Assembly (NCBI RefSeq): GCF_018350175.1
Contig: NC_058369.1
Coordinates: 25,236,001 to 25,300,000 of the forward strand
Length of the DNA: 64,000 bases
Direction: 5' to 3'
Source: Felis catus
Taxonomy: Eukaryota
Shown here: positions 14,222-28,112 of the stretch, in pieces
Numbering within the stretch: position 1 is the first letter of the stretch
Layout: each line of letters starts with the position of its first letter
Made by a program: the position numbers and the translations under genes
Notes under the pieces: generated by a model
What the model was told of the DNA's origin: nothing
Database searches by the model: none
Seen by the model: the letters and a program-made list of their open reading frames with translations, nothing else

Positions 14222-16704
14222 AACTCACAATTTTTATGCTGCTTCATCTCCATTTCTTTCTCAATGGTTAAACTTGAAAACTCTCTTTGGTATCTGCTGC
14301 AAAAGGTCCTCAGTTCCATCTAATGTCCAAAACTACTCATTACCCCTCCAAAGTCGGGGTGTTTTTCTTTGAGGTGAAGCAGAAAGGGGTTATTTTCTAG
14401 GCTCAGTGAGTCTGCTGCACTCCCAGTGCCCCTGCTGTGCACCGTAGCATACATTTCCCATTTTTATGACTAAAAACCTTCCCTCAATACTTGAAAATTA
14501 TAAAAGAACGTAAGAAAACTATAGAAGTCATCCATACCCTCCCACCACGGAGATAACTACTATCAACTTCTAAAGGACATGCTTCCAAGCCTTTTAATGT
14601 GCATATAACATAAGTCCTTTTAAAATTTCTTACTAAAATTCAAAACACATGCACCACAATGCACCCCCCCCCACTCGGGTAACTCCCATCCCTCACAGAG
14701 CTTTGTGCCCTGCTTTCTTGCCTAACTGCACCCCCTTCCGGAAACTCCATCTGCTTAAAAAGCAGCCACCTCTACATTTCAATATTACTTCTTTTGAAAA
14801 GATGTTAATAATTAATAAAACCAAATTCTACTTCTAATGAAAATTGACTCTTGAAGCATACAACATATGTTCTCTGGGTGCAGAAGAGAATTTTAGAATA
14901 GAAAAAAATGTTTCTTTAAACATCTGGTTTAACACCCACATTGTACAAATGAGGAAACGTTTTGCAGTTAAGAGGCCAGCTGGGTGGCTTAGGATTCCGC
15001 TGCTGACCAGCCCTGGGTCTGGACAGAAAGCAGCCTGGCTCATGAATGGCTCTTGCCATTCTAGCCTCAGCACAGAGATTACGACTATAGTAAATTCTGA
15101 ATCAGAAGTGGTTAGCCTGAAAAAATCCCTGGCTGAAACAAGCTTCCCAATATTAAAAAAACAAAAACAAAAACAAAAAACCATCAGACTTGTCAATTTC
15201 AAGCATTTTTCATTTTTCGAAACCTCTGACTTAAACAGCTGTTAGGAAAAGATGCACGAAAACAAGAGCAAATCATGGGTTTTTTTTTTTCCTTTGTTCA
15301 TTCCTAATGCCAAAATTAGCACTCTCCAGGTTTCTCTAAATATAATTATGCAAATATAAAGTCAAAGAATTAAGAAAATGTATTACAACCTACTCAGGCA
15401 TTACCACTCAGAGCCCAAAGAAGAAACGAGAAATGCAAAATGAAAGGAGGCGTAGAGACCTAGGAGATTCGGTTTTGACTTAATGGCAAGACATTACCTT
15501 TCTTTGTAACATCAAATGGCAAAAGAGCAGAAATATAAGATTTTGTAGTTTAACCCTTTTGGTGAAAACCTGATCATTGGCTCTCAGCTCTTTCAAACAG
15601 AATGAGTAGCCAGTCAACTGAGCAAGAACAGAAACTTCCTTGTGGAAGAGAGAAAGAAATATCTTTTCAATGGAAAACAATGAATAAATTTTTTACACAA
15701 ACCTGGATCCAATTATTAGCAACTCTAACATTTTGGATTCTGGTTACCAAAAAACTATGCCCAAATGACATTTTGCCAAAATGCAACCGAGCTTCAGATG
15801 TCTCAGGAGTCAATTCAAGTTGCGAATTAAATTCTAATTAAATGCTGGAGAGTAAGAAAGAAAGAAATGACTAAGAGACAGGCATCAGGCACGTGGGCCA
15901 AATGTTTAGTCCCATGAAGAAAACAATAGATACTTTTAAGTTTTACAGGTACAGATCCTCTTTCACAAAACCCCGTATTAAATTAGAGCTGCAAATACTT
16001 GTTTGCAGCTGACCGGAAAATTTTGAACTCTTGAATGTAATACAAGATCTGCCAGGACCAAGAGCATATATTAGAAATTAACTTTGTAGCTCAAAGAGAG
16101 ATCTCTTACACATGTCTTTACTTAGCTGAATTAAGTGTCCTGGACTTGCAAATCTTTCATTAGCATTACAGCATTTACCCAGAACAGGCACCCACCACTA
16201 ACTTGAAATGTCTGTTTCAAATGTAAGTCCTCATTGGTTAACTTAAAATACTCACGTCAGCAACTGCGGGCATAAATTTGACACACATATTTGTATCTTA
16301 AAATTGTTAGATTGTATACATGACCTCAAAAATCTTGCTCTAGCAGTGATCATTTCAAAGGCCTCACTGTGACCTACACCCATTATTTACATGGATTCAC
16401 AACCCTCTCCAAGAGATGAATCAAATGTCAGGAGTCACTTAAATAGGAGTCAAGCTCCCTCTTGTTAACGTTTTTACATATAAATTATGGCTCATAAGGC
16501 TAAAATGCTCACAATTCCATATAATTACCTTCTCAGGCATGCAAGCATTTGCTGAGGGGAGATTCTATGTGCTTAATCAGAAAAAGCACCCCACCTTGCC
16601 CTTAGGAAACAATTCAGACAGATTAAGTCACACTTCCTTGAGAGAAAGGGCCAAAAAGATGCTGTATTCCAATTCTGGTTGGAATGACTTCTCATATTAA
16701 CAGA

Positions 16705-16900
16705 TATCAATTACTGAGTGCACATCGTAGGCCAGCCACTGAGTTAAGCAGTTAAAAGCATTACCTCATTTAACCCTCAAAATGATGCCAAGGAAGAACC
16801 TAATCTTTATTTTATATGATGTGAAAGCTGAGGCTTGAAGTCAAATCACCTGCCACAGCTCACAGCTGACAGGTAGGGAACCAGAGCTGGAATCCAGGCA
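16705..16900 (-). mobile_element. MIR SINE
   Basis: cattacctcatttaaccctc...aagctgaggctt...ctggaatccaggca. Confidence 0.6.
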
Positions 16901-17473
16901 AAGTCAGAGATGGCCAACTGGAGACCCTTGGGCAAATCTGGGGCAACGTTCACTTGGCCCACTCTATGTGTGTGAAAAATTTTAAATAGATGACAGTATT
17001 AAAAAATGGTTAGACAAAAAATGCAAATTTCTTACTCTTCTTCGAAATCACATCTGGCCACACTCAGGGAATTTCAAGGCCACCATGAGCTGGAATGGAG
17101 AGAAGCCAGTGCCCCCTTCAGACCTGCTACTCCCTAGCATCTTGCACTTGAGTAGCTTTGTCCCATGCTGGGCCCTACAGGCATCTGCCTTAGTTCTTAA
17201 GGACATGACTATGTCCTGAAGAAATCAGGGGAGGTCTTCCTCCATCCAAAATTTCTCCCAATACTATGGAGGGCACTTGACCTATCCAGGCTCCCAAATA
17301 CTTGAGTGACTTAATGGAGACTCAGCCAGCTGCTTTAGCTCTATTGATAAACCTGAGCAGGTTCAGAAAATTCCTCAACCCTAGGACCTCAAGTGTCCTT
17401 GATTGAGCATGACTGTGTGAGCTTTAGATCGCTGAACGGGCCCCATTCTTCGGCAGTGAAGCCAGTTACTTAC

Positions 17474-17531
17474 TGTCATATCTGAAGGTGATGTTGTGCA
17501 GCCCACTGTTTCTGCTGGCCGGCCCCACTCC
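17474..17531 (-). CDS. IL17RD: IL17RD coding exon 2 (58 nt; GVGPASRNSGLHNITFRYD)
   Basis: Acceptor ttcccacag|GGA and donor A|gtaagt. The translation continues the IL17RD sequence in frame. Confidence 0.96.
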
Positions 17532-18688
17532 CTGTGGGAAAACAAGAGAACATGATGAGGAGAAAAGCCAATTTGCTTTTCCAGCACAGATCCCTTGGAG
17601 TCAAAATGTACACAAGATAACAAAGACCCAGGGTCATGCCAGTCGCTGAGCAGTATCTACCACTCTTCCCGCCCACTCTGTGCCTCTTCTCCCCCACTGA
17701 CCGCCAACCTCCCTCCAGCGCAGGAGATTCCTACTGCCAGGCCGACAGCATCATGAGAACGTACTTCCCTAAGACAAGAGGAGCATGCTGTTCCATGTTT
17801 GGGGGTTAAATAATAATTCATTAACAGTAAAATTGGGAGAGAGATCATGAGCTGCCAGCTGGAGCCCTTCCAGTTGGATCTGCTTTGAGCACTGATTGGT
17901 TATAAAATTCGCCTACCAGACACTCTCATCCAAAAGCTCTATTAAGCCACGACAGATAGGCAATTCCTCAAGTCTAAGGAAACAGGTTTCTCATTCCAAG
18001 ACTGGGAATGAGTGTGGGAATAAGCCATTACTTTTAATGAGAAAATTCTTCACTGTATCCATACCTATGGTTGGAATATATAGGGTGGGTCATAAAAGAA
18101 AAAGAAAAAAGACTTTAAAAGGGCTAACTCTAACTCTTGGTGATGTGGCCGTTAGCCATCTGCACTCTTAATAGCAGGGATAACAACTCCGCCAGACTCC
18201 CCACTTTAATTACAGCATCCACAGAGGGAGCACCGGATTCCTCCCGTTGCCCAGCCTTTTCCTAACCCACCACTTATCCATCATGGGAAAGAGCAGCTAC
18301 AGACCTGCCGACTCTGGTTTAACTGTTTCTGTAATAATCTGCAAATGTGCCATTCAGCATTAATTGCAGAAGTCTCCAAAAACAGTTAATTCTGAAATGC
18401 TAAATGATGGGAAAATATTCTAACCACACAGCTAAAGTTTCCACTTAACAAAGGGGATGTTGGGGAAAACCATATGCTGGCATGCCGGTATTTAATGGGC
18501 AATTGTCACACTGAGACACGATGTGCAGAATACTTCTGATGGAGCCCAGGGTCTCAGGCCACAACCCCATCATATCCATATGCTGTAGACATGTTCACGC
18601 TTTTTATCCTGAAGCCAGGCATGCCCACTGAAACCGTATCCTTGAGCTCAGATAAACATGGACCTTAGGAAAGCACAGCTGTGCAGAA

Positions 18689-18693
<5 letters not shown>

Positions 18694-18730
<37 letters not shown>
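18694..18730. repeat. (AC)n microsatellite
   Basis: About 18 perfect units read directly. Confidence 0.95.
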
Positions 18731-18732
<2 letters not shown>

Positions 18733-19847
18733 CTAATTCAAGTGAGAAATAAGCAGTAACAAAATCTAAATCAACATGGTACACTAGCCCATGATCTACA
18801 GAGGCTCCCTTTCTTCCTGATTCACCTTCCTCCTCCAGCTTTCCTGTTTCCATCCTCCTTTTCCCACATACACAAGATTCCAGAATTCCTCCCCTGAGCT
18901 AAAACACTTTGGAAAGGGTTGTTTTCTTATTAAAATCCTAAATGCCTCCGTAAATCCTTAGGGACAAGGCCTCTAATGTGCCACAAGAGTCTGCCCAACT
19001 TCCAGATGGTCAAGCCCAGACAGACACAACCAGGCAGGAGAAAATGCACTCTCTCCAAAACCCTTAGGAAATGCCCCAAACCACACCTTTCTCCCTTAAA
19101 AACCCCCGAGATATAAAATCACTTACCATTAATTACTATTATGAGCTAGACATCATGCTAGGTATAGTGGTGAGGAAAACAGCCACTGGTCCTGTCCTCA
19201 GGAGCACAGTAGTTCATTCCTTCAAAGGAGACTAGTTGGGTATGTGGATCACATGCAAGGTATATAGACAAATTTCAAACCACACCTTGACTCTCCAGGA
19301 ACCCTCAGCGTGGCATACAAGGAGGGTGCAACTAGGTGAAGAGCCGGCCATAAATAAACATACAGCTTATGAAATGCCATAAGGTAGCACCTTTGCTACC
19401 ATGCCATGAGGTAGCACCTCACAAAGGATGATTCAAGGGTGAGGACAGCACACACCAGAAGCTTGAAAGAAGGAAGGGTAACCGGACTACAAGGGAGAGG
19501 AAAAGGGAGCATCACGGAAGGCAAACATCTACAGGCCAAGGTAGGTATCTTAATCCTTCCATCCTCCTGCTGGTGACCAAGGGCAAACCTCTTCACTCCA
19601 CCGGGTTGGAGTGTCCTCAACTATTTTCCTAAAAAGATAATTTGCATGACTCTCCCCTGGGACAGGAGTTTGAGGAGGACCACGTGAAGCCATGTAGAGG
19701 AAGCACTTTCCAAAAAGCGAATGCATTTCACTTAATAGCATGCTTTGAGGTCTGTAGGACTCTAGTGACCAGTGACTAGTCACCTTACTTGTAGGACTAG
19801 CAGCTTTTCACTTTGTTCTTGTTCTCCTCATATTTCCATTGCAGCAC

Positions 19848-19970
19848 GTTTTTTTTTCTTTTTTTAAAGATTTTATTTTAAAGTAATCTCTACCTCCAAG
19901 GTGGGGCTCCTACTTACAACCCTGAGATCAAGAGTCACATGCTCTACTGACTGAACTGGCCAGGGGCTCC
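19848..19970 (-). mobile_element. Short Can-SINE (older subtype)
   Basis: aagattttatttaaagtaatctctac...ctgagatcaagagtcacatgctctactgactga, with flanking tgcagca(c/t)gttttt repeats. Confidence 0.75.
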
Positions 19971-20965
19971 TGCTGCAGCATGTTTTTAACAGGTATGTAC
20001 TGGGCACTTGCGATGAGCTTGCATTGTGGAAAGAAGCCCAATATCGTGAGATGTGTTATATCTTGCAGACAAGAACCTAAATCCTTCCAAATAAGGTCTG
20101 TGCTGTATGCAGAGCTGTTCAGAAGAGGGCCCAGTGAGCGTGGCCTCAAAGGACAGTGAGGCTTGCATACAGCATCGATTCACTACCCACAGGGCATTTC
20201 ACCTTGACCCCACCCCTGCAGGGCTGGGCACTTTTGGTCATCGACCAGAACTGGGTCCTAATCTCAGGGGCTTTGGCCACCAAAGTGATCTCCTAATGTG
20301 CAATTCTGCCCTCATTCCTCTGCTCCAAGCCCACCACTAGCTCCCTGTCCCTCCTACAACATTCCCAATGTGGCTCCTGCCTGTCTTCTCAGCCGCTCCC
20401 CTCCCCACCTGCCAAACTCCTCCAGGCACTGCATTACTGCTCAGCACAAGTTCAGGAGCACTTCTGTATCCCAGAATGCCCTTCGTACCAGCCAAGACCT
20501 GCTCCTCCCATGGGCTTCTGCCTTAGTCCATCTAGCTCCATCACACGGTGTTCCTGACACACAGATGTGCCTGCATATTCACCCGATGAGAGTACAGTAA
20601 CCCACCCTCACAACCTGACTGGCCTGGCACTTCTGTTAATGCACATGCAAAACGGTTATTCTAATTCCACACAAAAATCAGAGACCAAAAGACCCTGTGA
20701 CTAAGCCTCATCCTTGAGTTCAGAGGCAATAGAGCACAGAGCTCAACTCCATCAGAAGTACCAGTTCCTGTGTGCACTGGGAGATCTGTCACTCTTGGCA
20801 GTCATCCAGGGCATGGCTTCTGAGCACATGCCATCAGACAGATGCTCCATCAGGCTGTCCTCACTTCGCATCCAAATGCTCCCGCTGCTCCGGAGCCCTC
20901 AGAAACCACAGGAGAAACGGTGTGCCCAGACCAGCCCACAGAGCACTACTGTTTTCTTTATGCTT

Positions 20966-21466
20966 TGTGGTAGACAGAATACCAGCCCCCACAAAACAAC
21001 AGGTCCCCAGGACCCATGCGGTTACTGCACACAGCAAAAAGGACTGTGAAGATGCAATTAAGTTTAAGGAACCTGAGATGGAGAAAGTATGTTGATGAGC
21101 CCAATGTTATCACACAGGTCCTTGTAACTGGGATACAGGAATATCAGAGAAGGAGATATGGCCACAGAAGCAGAAGGCAGTGAGGCAGACATTGATTTAA
21201 AGATGCTACACTACTGGTTTTGAAGATGGGGATAGAAGGGGCTCATAAGCCAAGGAACATAGGCACCTCTAGATGCTAGAAAAGGCAGAAAACGGTTCTC
21301 CCTAGAGCCTCCAGAAGGAGCCAGTCCTATCAACACCTTGATTTTTAACCCCACATAAGACTCATCTTGGAACTCTGACTCCAACAACTATAAGATAATG
21401 AATTTGTGCTGTTTTAAGTCACTAAATCGTGACAGTTTGTTACAGCAGTAATTGAGAGCTAACACA
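20966..21466 (+). mobile_element. MaLR LTR (MLT1C/D-like)
   Basis: Starts tgtggtagacagaat, contains ccctagagcctccagaagga and tttgtgctgttttaagtcactaaat...tttgttacagcag...ctaacaca. Confidence 0.8.
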
Positions 21467-21699
21467 TACATATACTTTAGCTGCAATATGGATGAAATGG
21501 ATCTCAGTGTCACACATGTGCCGCGTGTTGTCATTTTCCCCTTCCCACACCCAGGGCAGACTGATCGATCACTTGTCATGGCCCTCTATCCCACCCCGGC
21601 TGCAGGCAGACATGAAACACTGACCCATCAAGCTGTTGCTTCAGATTCTGCCATCCTAGATGCACGCTTTTGAGGGCTAGCCTGGGGCATATCTGGAGT

Positions 21700-21935
21700 G
21701 GAGGAGTGGTTAACAGGATGGGCTTTGGAGTTGTACAGATGTGTGTTCAAACCTCCTCCTTTCAGGCTGTAGGACCTTAGACAAGCTTCCAAACTTTCCT
21801 GAGCCTCGTTTTCGTGAGCTATTAAAGTGTTTGAATAAAACTTCTTGGAAAAGTTCGGTGTGGGACTGACTGTATGAGAAGACATGTTATCAAGTATTCT
21901 GCACAGCACATGACACATTGAAATAGTTATGTTAC
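21700..21935 (+). mobile_element. MIR SINE
   Basis: gtgttcaaacc...gaccttagacaag...ctgagcctcgttttc...gcacagcacatgacacat. Confidence 0.6.
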
Positions 21936-24503
21936 CATTCCTAGGAAGATTCCTGCCCTAATAAGCAAAGAGCTGTGCAGCATGGGAGTACGTGAGGTAG
22001 ACAGGGGAACGCTCACAGGAAGGGGCATCTCCAGATATGACCAGTCTTAGCATCCAAACCTGGGGGGTCTGGCAGATGGGTGGAAAGGTCAGGGCAAGGT
22101 GACAGAGGCACTAACCACCAGACTAAGGAATGGTCTTGGTGGGAACTGGGCAACCCAGTGACCCCCATCACTGGTAAGTGCTCAGGCTGGATCAGATGGG
22201 AAGAGACTGGAGGCAAAGTGACCAGAGCGGCCCCCTACTCCCTCATCCTTCTCCAAGCTTGCACCACAGTCCGGCCCTGGCCCATAGCCAGCCCTTGATA
22301 TATATTGGTTTTCTGCCTGAATGAATGAATACACGATGAAACTAGGGAATGCAGACCCAGAACCCAAGAGGACCTAGCCTTGCGTGACAGGGTGAGTTAT
22401 GGGCTTAGAATCAGGGCTCGCACTAAGAGAACATGGTGAGCAACTTACAAAGCTGGTGAATGGTTTTGCAAGCTGTTTTTCAGTAAACAATCCAAAGCTT
22501 TTAGCTACTATACCTGGTTTGATATTTAATGAGCTTACAATGAAGAATACTTGTTTGTGGCCTGTTACTTAAAAACTATAAAATGCCAATGCTGTGGCCT
22601 TAGGGTGTCACATTCTTAATTAACCACCCTCATTTGCTGCACTTGGGGGCAGCTTTTAATTTGTTCCAATGCTAGGGGAGAAGCCAGCCCCAGGTGCCTG
22701 GGGCTCTGCTATGAACACTCTATGGTGAGCAGGGACGGAAGCAGCAAATGGGAACATAATGGAGAAAACATCTTTTACTCAGGAAAGGGGGAGGGGAGGA
22801 TAACCCATAAGTGCTCTAAAGGAATAAAATTCAAAACCCACACTATGCTCCACCCATATGGCAAAGAAGCAAAGGCCTGGACACAAAGACAGCCACAGGG
22901 AGGGATCCCACACAGAGCAGCTAGCGCGGGCCATGAGGGGCCATCCGAAGGCCCATTTCCTGAGGGGCCCTTGGGGATTCTAAGTCCATTGAAGACACCA
23001 ACTTCCCAGAGCAACATTTCCAATCCAGCTCCAAAATAGCTTAACTGCCATTTTGGAAAGATGCATTTTGAAAAGGACTGTGCTAATTATAGTAGCCCCT
23101 TTCCAGTGGAAGGCATGGCCAAACTACAAGGCCTAAACAAGACTGCTTTCAAATCAGTTAAGGGCCTCTCAGAAAGCTAGCAGTGTTTTAGTGACCCGAG
23201 TTTGGATGAACATTTAAATAAGAGCATCCATCATAAGGAACTGAGAGAATGGGTTGTTGTTTTTTTTTTTTTTTTTTTAAAGATAACTGAACAACTACTT
23301 AAAAAACCAAGGCCAGCTTATACTTTCTATTTTCCCTTTTCCTCCACCTTGGGTTTCCAGCGTGTCAAGGAGATTTAAAAGATAGCAGACAATTCTGTGA
23401 GGCTTCAAATGCACTACAGGACTGACATTTTTGCCTGTGACCAGTGGACGTGGTAACAAGAGGCAGAACATGGGGTCAATTTACTCTGCACAAGTTCGGT
23501 TCAGATGGTTTCATAGATGAATTCAGATCCCACTTAACTTCAGTTCAAACCTTTAACTAAAAAAAGGCCGGCGGGGGGGGGGGGGGGGGAGAAAAGTCAG
23601 AAAAAAGGAGAGAAGCCCCAGGTGATGTAAGCTGAGGAGAATGCCGGCAAACCCAAAACACAAGGAAAATAAATCACAAAGCCAGCCTGGGTCTGGATCT
23701 ATTCAAGATATTCTTCTCCACATTCCCGAGAGCTGTTCTCTCCCACTTTCCAACTAGATGCAACCAACTTCAGAAATGAAGGGTGCCAGCTGTCTGATTT
23801 GGGGAGGTAGGGCTTTGGATGTCTAGTGGGGAACACACAAGCTCTGGGGGAGTGCCGGTGTGTTCCCACCAGCAATTACCACGTCGGCCCAAAAAGACCC
23901 AGAGATCTTAAGCTAATTAGAGAGATTTGCTCGAGGAGGTAGGAAATCACTACTCCAAAGCATCGCCTGTGTACCAGACCAAAGCCGTAATCATGATTCA
24001 TCTCTGACATGTTGCTAATCAGCACACACATGTTCCTAATTTCACGCTCCCCAAAGGAAAGCTGAAGGGACAATTGTTTCTGAGCTCGAACATGGAGCCA
24101 ACCTATGCCAAGTTACAATGTGTTTTGCTTATCAAACTGAGAGCTCTGGTTTCCAACTAAGCTGCCTTTCACAATTTTATCCCTCCTCCACACCCCCACC
24201 CTCACCTCACACCCAAGGAAATCCATTACTAAAGATAAAGATGTGTTAAGGCATTTATAGGAGTTGTCTCTCAGATAGTAACTTTTTTTTTTAATTGAAA
24301 TAGAATTGACATACAATATATAAGTTTAAGGCATACGATGTATTGACTTGATATATTTATTTATTGCAATAGCAACTTTTCTAACTGGCCATTACCTAAA
24401 TGGAATTTAGTATGTTTTTAAATGTCTTTCCCTGCTCCAGATTTTGATTTTCTTATTGCTTTGCCACTGGAATATACACATGCAGTTAATGCCCAGAGAT
24501 ATC

Positions 24504-24504
<1 letters not shown>

Positions 24505-24542
<38 letters not shown>
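24505..24542. repeat. (AC)n microsatellite
   Basis: About 19 perfect units. Confidence 0.95.
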
Positions 24543-24546
<4 letters not shown>

Positions 24547-27500
24547 ACTTTTCTCCTGTGTTTAGAAACAAAACAAAACAAAGCTCTCCAGTCTCCTTGG
24601 TTTTCACAAAGCAAAAGCCCAAATACTTTTTTCCAATTAGTCTGTTAAGGATCTGGGCTGTGTGTTCTCCCGTGGCTGATACTCACAAATAGACAGGATT
24701 GTTCCATTTCTCCAGTTCTCAAAACGTTAAAAGCAAGCTATAAAACATGCCTCCGGATAGCGAGCCAGACCCTCTCCCTTGGCTGCACACAGCACTCCCA
24801 TCCACTCAAATGAGAACGGCATGTTAAAGAACTGGCATCTGTAAGGTAACTATCAGCCCATCTGCAGTTTAAAACGCACACACAGACAACTTCGCAGACA
24901 CAGATTAACTGGTGTTCTGTAAACACTGGGTACGAAGAGGAAGCAAGCAACCAGCCACCCAAACACCCACCCAGCAAACCAGCTACCGGCTTGCTCTCAC
25001 TTAGCTGTTAAAGGTAGTTACAAAGACTTCACTCCAGAAGCTCAAGAAAGTATCTCCCTGCAAGGGCAAAACAGTGATTAGACAATAGAGGAAAACTTCA
25101 AGCTATACACATGCCTGTTATGCCTAAGCTCAGAGGAAATGTTCGGATCAAAACAAAACTACTAATAAAAAGCCTTAGGACCACACAGAGAGCGTGCACT
25201 GAATTGTACCGCTTCAAATACTGTTTCCGAGGCCCCGGGACAGAGTCTCCAAATACTGTATCACATCTGGAATTCTGCTTTTACAGCACAAATGCCTGCA
25301 GAAATAGGGGATTGTGACGTTGCCATGGGGACCAAGCCTCCTCCAGTCAGGCAGGTCCCCAGTGTGTCCCACACATGTGCTTCCTTCAAGGTGGATTTCA
25401 CATATTTGGAAATTATGGAAGACCGCCCTTTTAGGTTTTAGTGCAAATCGAACATCACAGGCTACACTAGAAAGCAAGGGACCTTCTGTCAGCCTATTAT
25501 TTCTGTCCACATGGTGGTCTCAGAGAGAAAAACCTCCTTAAAATAACAGTGGGAAGCAGCAAGTCAACATTAGACCCTTTTTCAAAAGTTATTTGTGGCT
25601 TTTCCCCCTTCCTCCAGGAGGGAGACAGGCTTCAAGCACCCCTTTTAAGCTCTCTTGTTCTCTGGCTGCAAAAATCCAAGTGAGTCCACCTATGTGCACA
25701 GCTGCCTCCCATTGCTGGTCTACGGGAGGGACCCCAGGCTCCGGCTCTGTCACTTGCCATCACAAGAAGTGAGCCACTAATGCCTTCCCAGCAGGGCTAC
25801 TGGCCAAGGTAGGGGGTCTTCATTTTTAATTGTTGTTAAAGCAAAAAGGTTTCTAGAACCCATAGGAGAATCCTGTGAGAAACATTCTTTACCCAACTTC
25901 CCCCCAAAACATTCTTACACAATTTGAGGGCATTCCCAAAACTCCCAGAGGCCACCGAGGGCTTCACAGAACCCAGGTCGAAAGCCATATATAGACACAA
26001 AGAATCTGGAGCCCCCACTTAGAAATACCTTACGAGGTACGTCTGGGCTTCTCCACCTCTCTGGGAGGCAGCCTGTCCAACCAACCCCCCCCAGGTATGG
26101 ATTCATACATACAGGAAAGCAACCCTCATTGGGTGCTGGCAGGTGCCCACGACCACTCCTCAACCTGCCATTCATCCTACCTCCCTAGGACCCCAGCTGG
26201 CTTAAAACAATAGTCAAGACCCTCATCTCTCTTTCCCCTGGGAGCATTCTCCCATCAGTTCTAACTAGAATGTCTCAAGCCAAAGCAACAGTGACTCCTC
26301 TAATACGTATCTGCTTCTCCGCAAGGTCTGGCCTTTCCCAGATTTCCTGGGGGGAAGGGAGGGAATCAGCCAGCCCAGAGGTGAAGCAGCAATCACCAAG
26401 TCCCATGGGCAGATAGAGGGGGCTCAGGGGGAACTTGTTCTCAGCCCTGCCCCAGCTCAGTGTGACCTCCAGATTGAACCATTTCCATCTAGTCTCTTAG
26501 ATATCACATCCCAAAATGTCCCCCTAAGATGCAGCCAAAGTTCGTGAATGTGTGTGTCTGTATGTGTGCATACCCAGCCACACAGAAGGAGAAAAAAAAA
26601 AAAAGCACCAGGAAGTCAGCCGCTCTGCTCCAGGTGTTAACACTTAGCGCATCCTGCCCAGCCCCCTCCAGCTTGAGGCCGGCCGCCTGGGAGCCGGACA
26701 CAGCAATTAGGCCCTTCCCGGGCTGGGCGCCTTTGTCCCCTCACTAACATCATTAGTGTCTGACTTCCTGTGCACAACAGGGCCTCCCGGGGGGCAATCG
26801 CCGGCTGACCGGGGCAGGGCATTAGACTTCCTTTGTCAAAGACCCTCAAATGTTAACAAGCATGTGAACAAGCTTCTCCTCCCCCACAACACCCCCCCCC
26901 CCACCTCCGCCACTCCTCCAGCCCACCAAACACTCAATTCTCTGAGGCCTTGGTTCTCCCCGACTTGTGGGAATCTGAGTTACTTGAGAGCAATATCAAG
27001 TCTCTGGGTTGAGTGAGCATAGCTTCCTTTTCTGCAGAAGAGGTCGACAAATGTGATTTCCTACAGCAGGTCCCCTACAAACATGCTACTTCCATTTACC
27101 CAGCGCCTGCCGGATACCAGGTCTGTATCACTTGTCTGACATTAACTGGGGAAAAAATGAACAAAGGTGAAGGTGCTCGGACAACATGAGTCCCAGGCTG
27201 TGTAACACCCAGCCCAGCATCTCTGTAGGCACAGGTGTCCCATTCATGTGTGCTCATGGGTTCAAGTGCAAGATGGTCTCAAGATGCAAGGATGTGCCGA
27301 AGGTTTGCGTGATACTCCCAGGCTTTGAAACACTGATCACATCTGAAACTGGGGGAAGTGTAAGTTGCTACACAGCTACAACCCTACTGTCACCTTCCCT
27401 TTTCTCAGCAATACTAACACCATCAGGACCAACATCACTAAAATCCTCTCGTTTATTCCTCCAGCCCTCTCAACAGAGGGTCTCAGCTTCTTACGTGGGG

Positions 27501-27890
27501 ACACAGATGTCTTTGAGAATTTGGTGAGAGCTGTGGCACACGTACAAACACACAAGCTGCACACAGTATGTCAGGAAGCTTCTGGCTGGACCCATGCAAT
27601 CCATTCAGGGGCCCCCACCTGCCTGCCCTAACCATAGATCAATAGCTTAACACCAGGTCTGTAGAAGGACACCATCAGTGATCCAAGGGAAACTTTGGTG
27701 GTTAAAAGCTAAATTCAAAGGGCAGAGGAAGATGGTTGGTAATAAAATCTCAATTTTAAATAGAACTCTGGATTGATTCCTCACTTATAATCCTTTATAG
27801 GCAATATTTGTTACAATTCAATAAGTAAACACTAGGTTCAGGATGTTGGGACTCACAAACTTTACAAAGTAGCAATATAAAAGGCAAGTA

Positions 27891-28112
27891 TTTTTTTTTT
27901 AATTTTTTTTAACATTTTATTTATTTTTGAGACAGGGAGAGACAGAGCATGAACAGGGGAGGGTCAGAGAGAGGGAGACACAGAATCTGAAACAGGCTCC
28001 AGGCTCTGAGCTGTCAGCACAGAGCCCGACGCGGGGCTTCAACTCACGGACTGTGAGATCATGACCTGAGCCGAAGTCGGATGCTTAACCGACTGAGCCA
28101 CCCAGGCGCCCC
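27891..28112 (-). mobile_element. Can-SINE (SINEC_Fc type)
   Basis: TSD aaaaggcaagtattt, near-consensus sequence. Confidence 0.93.
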
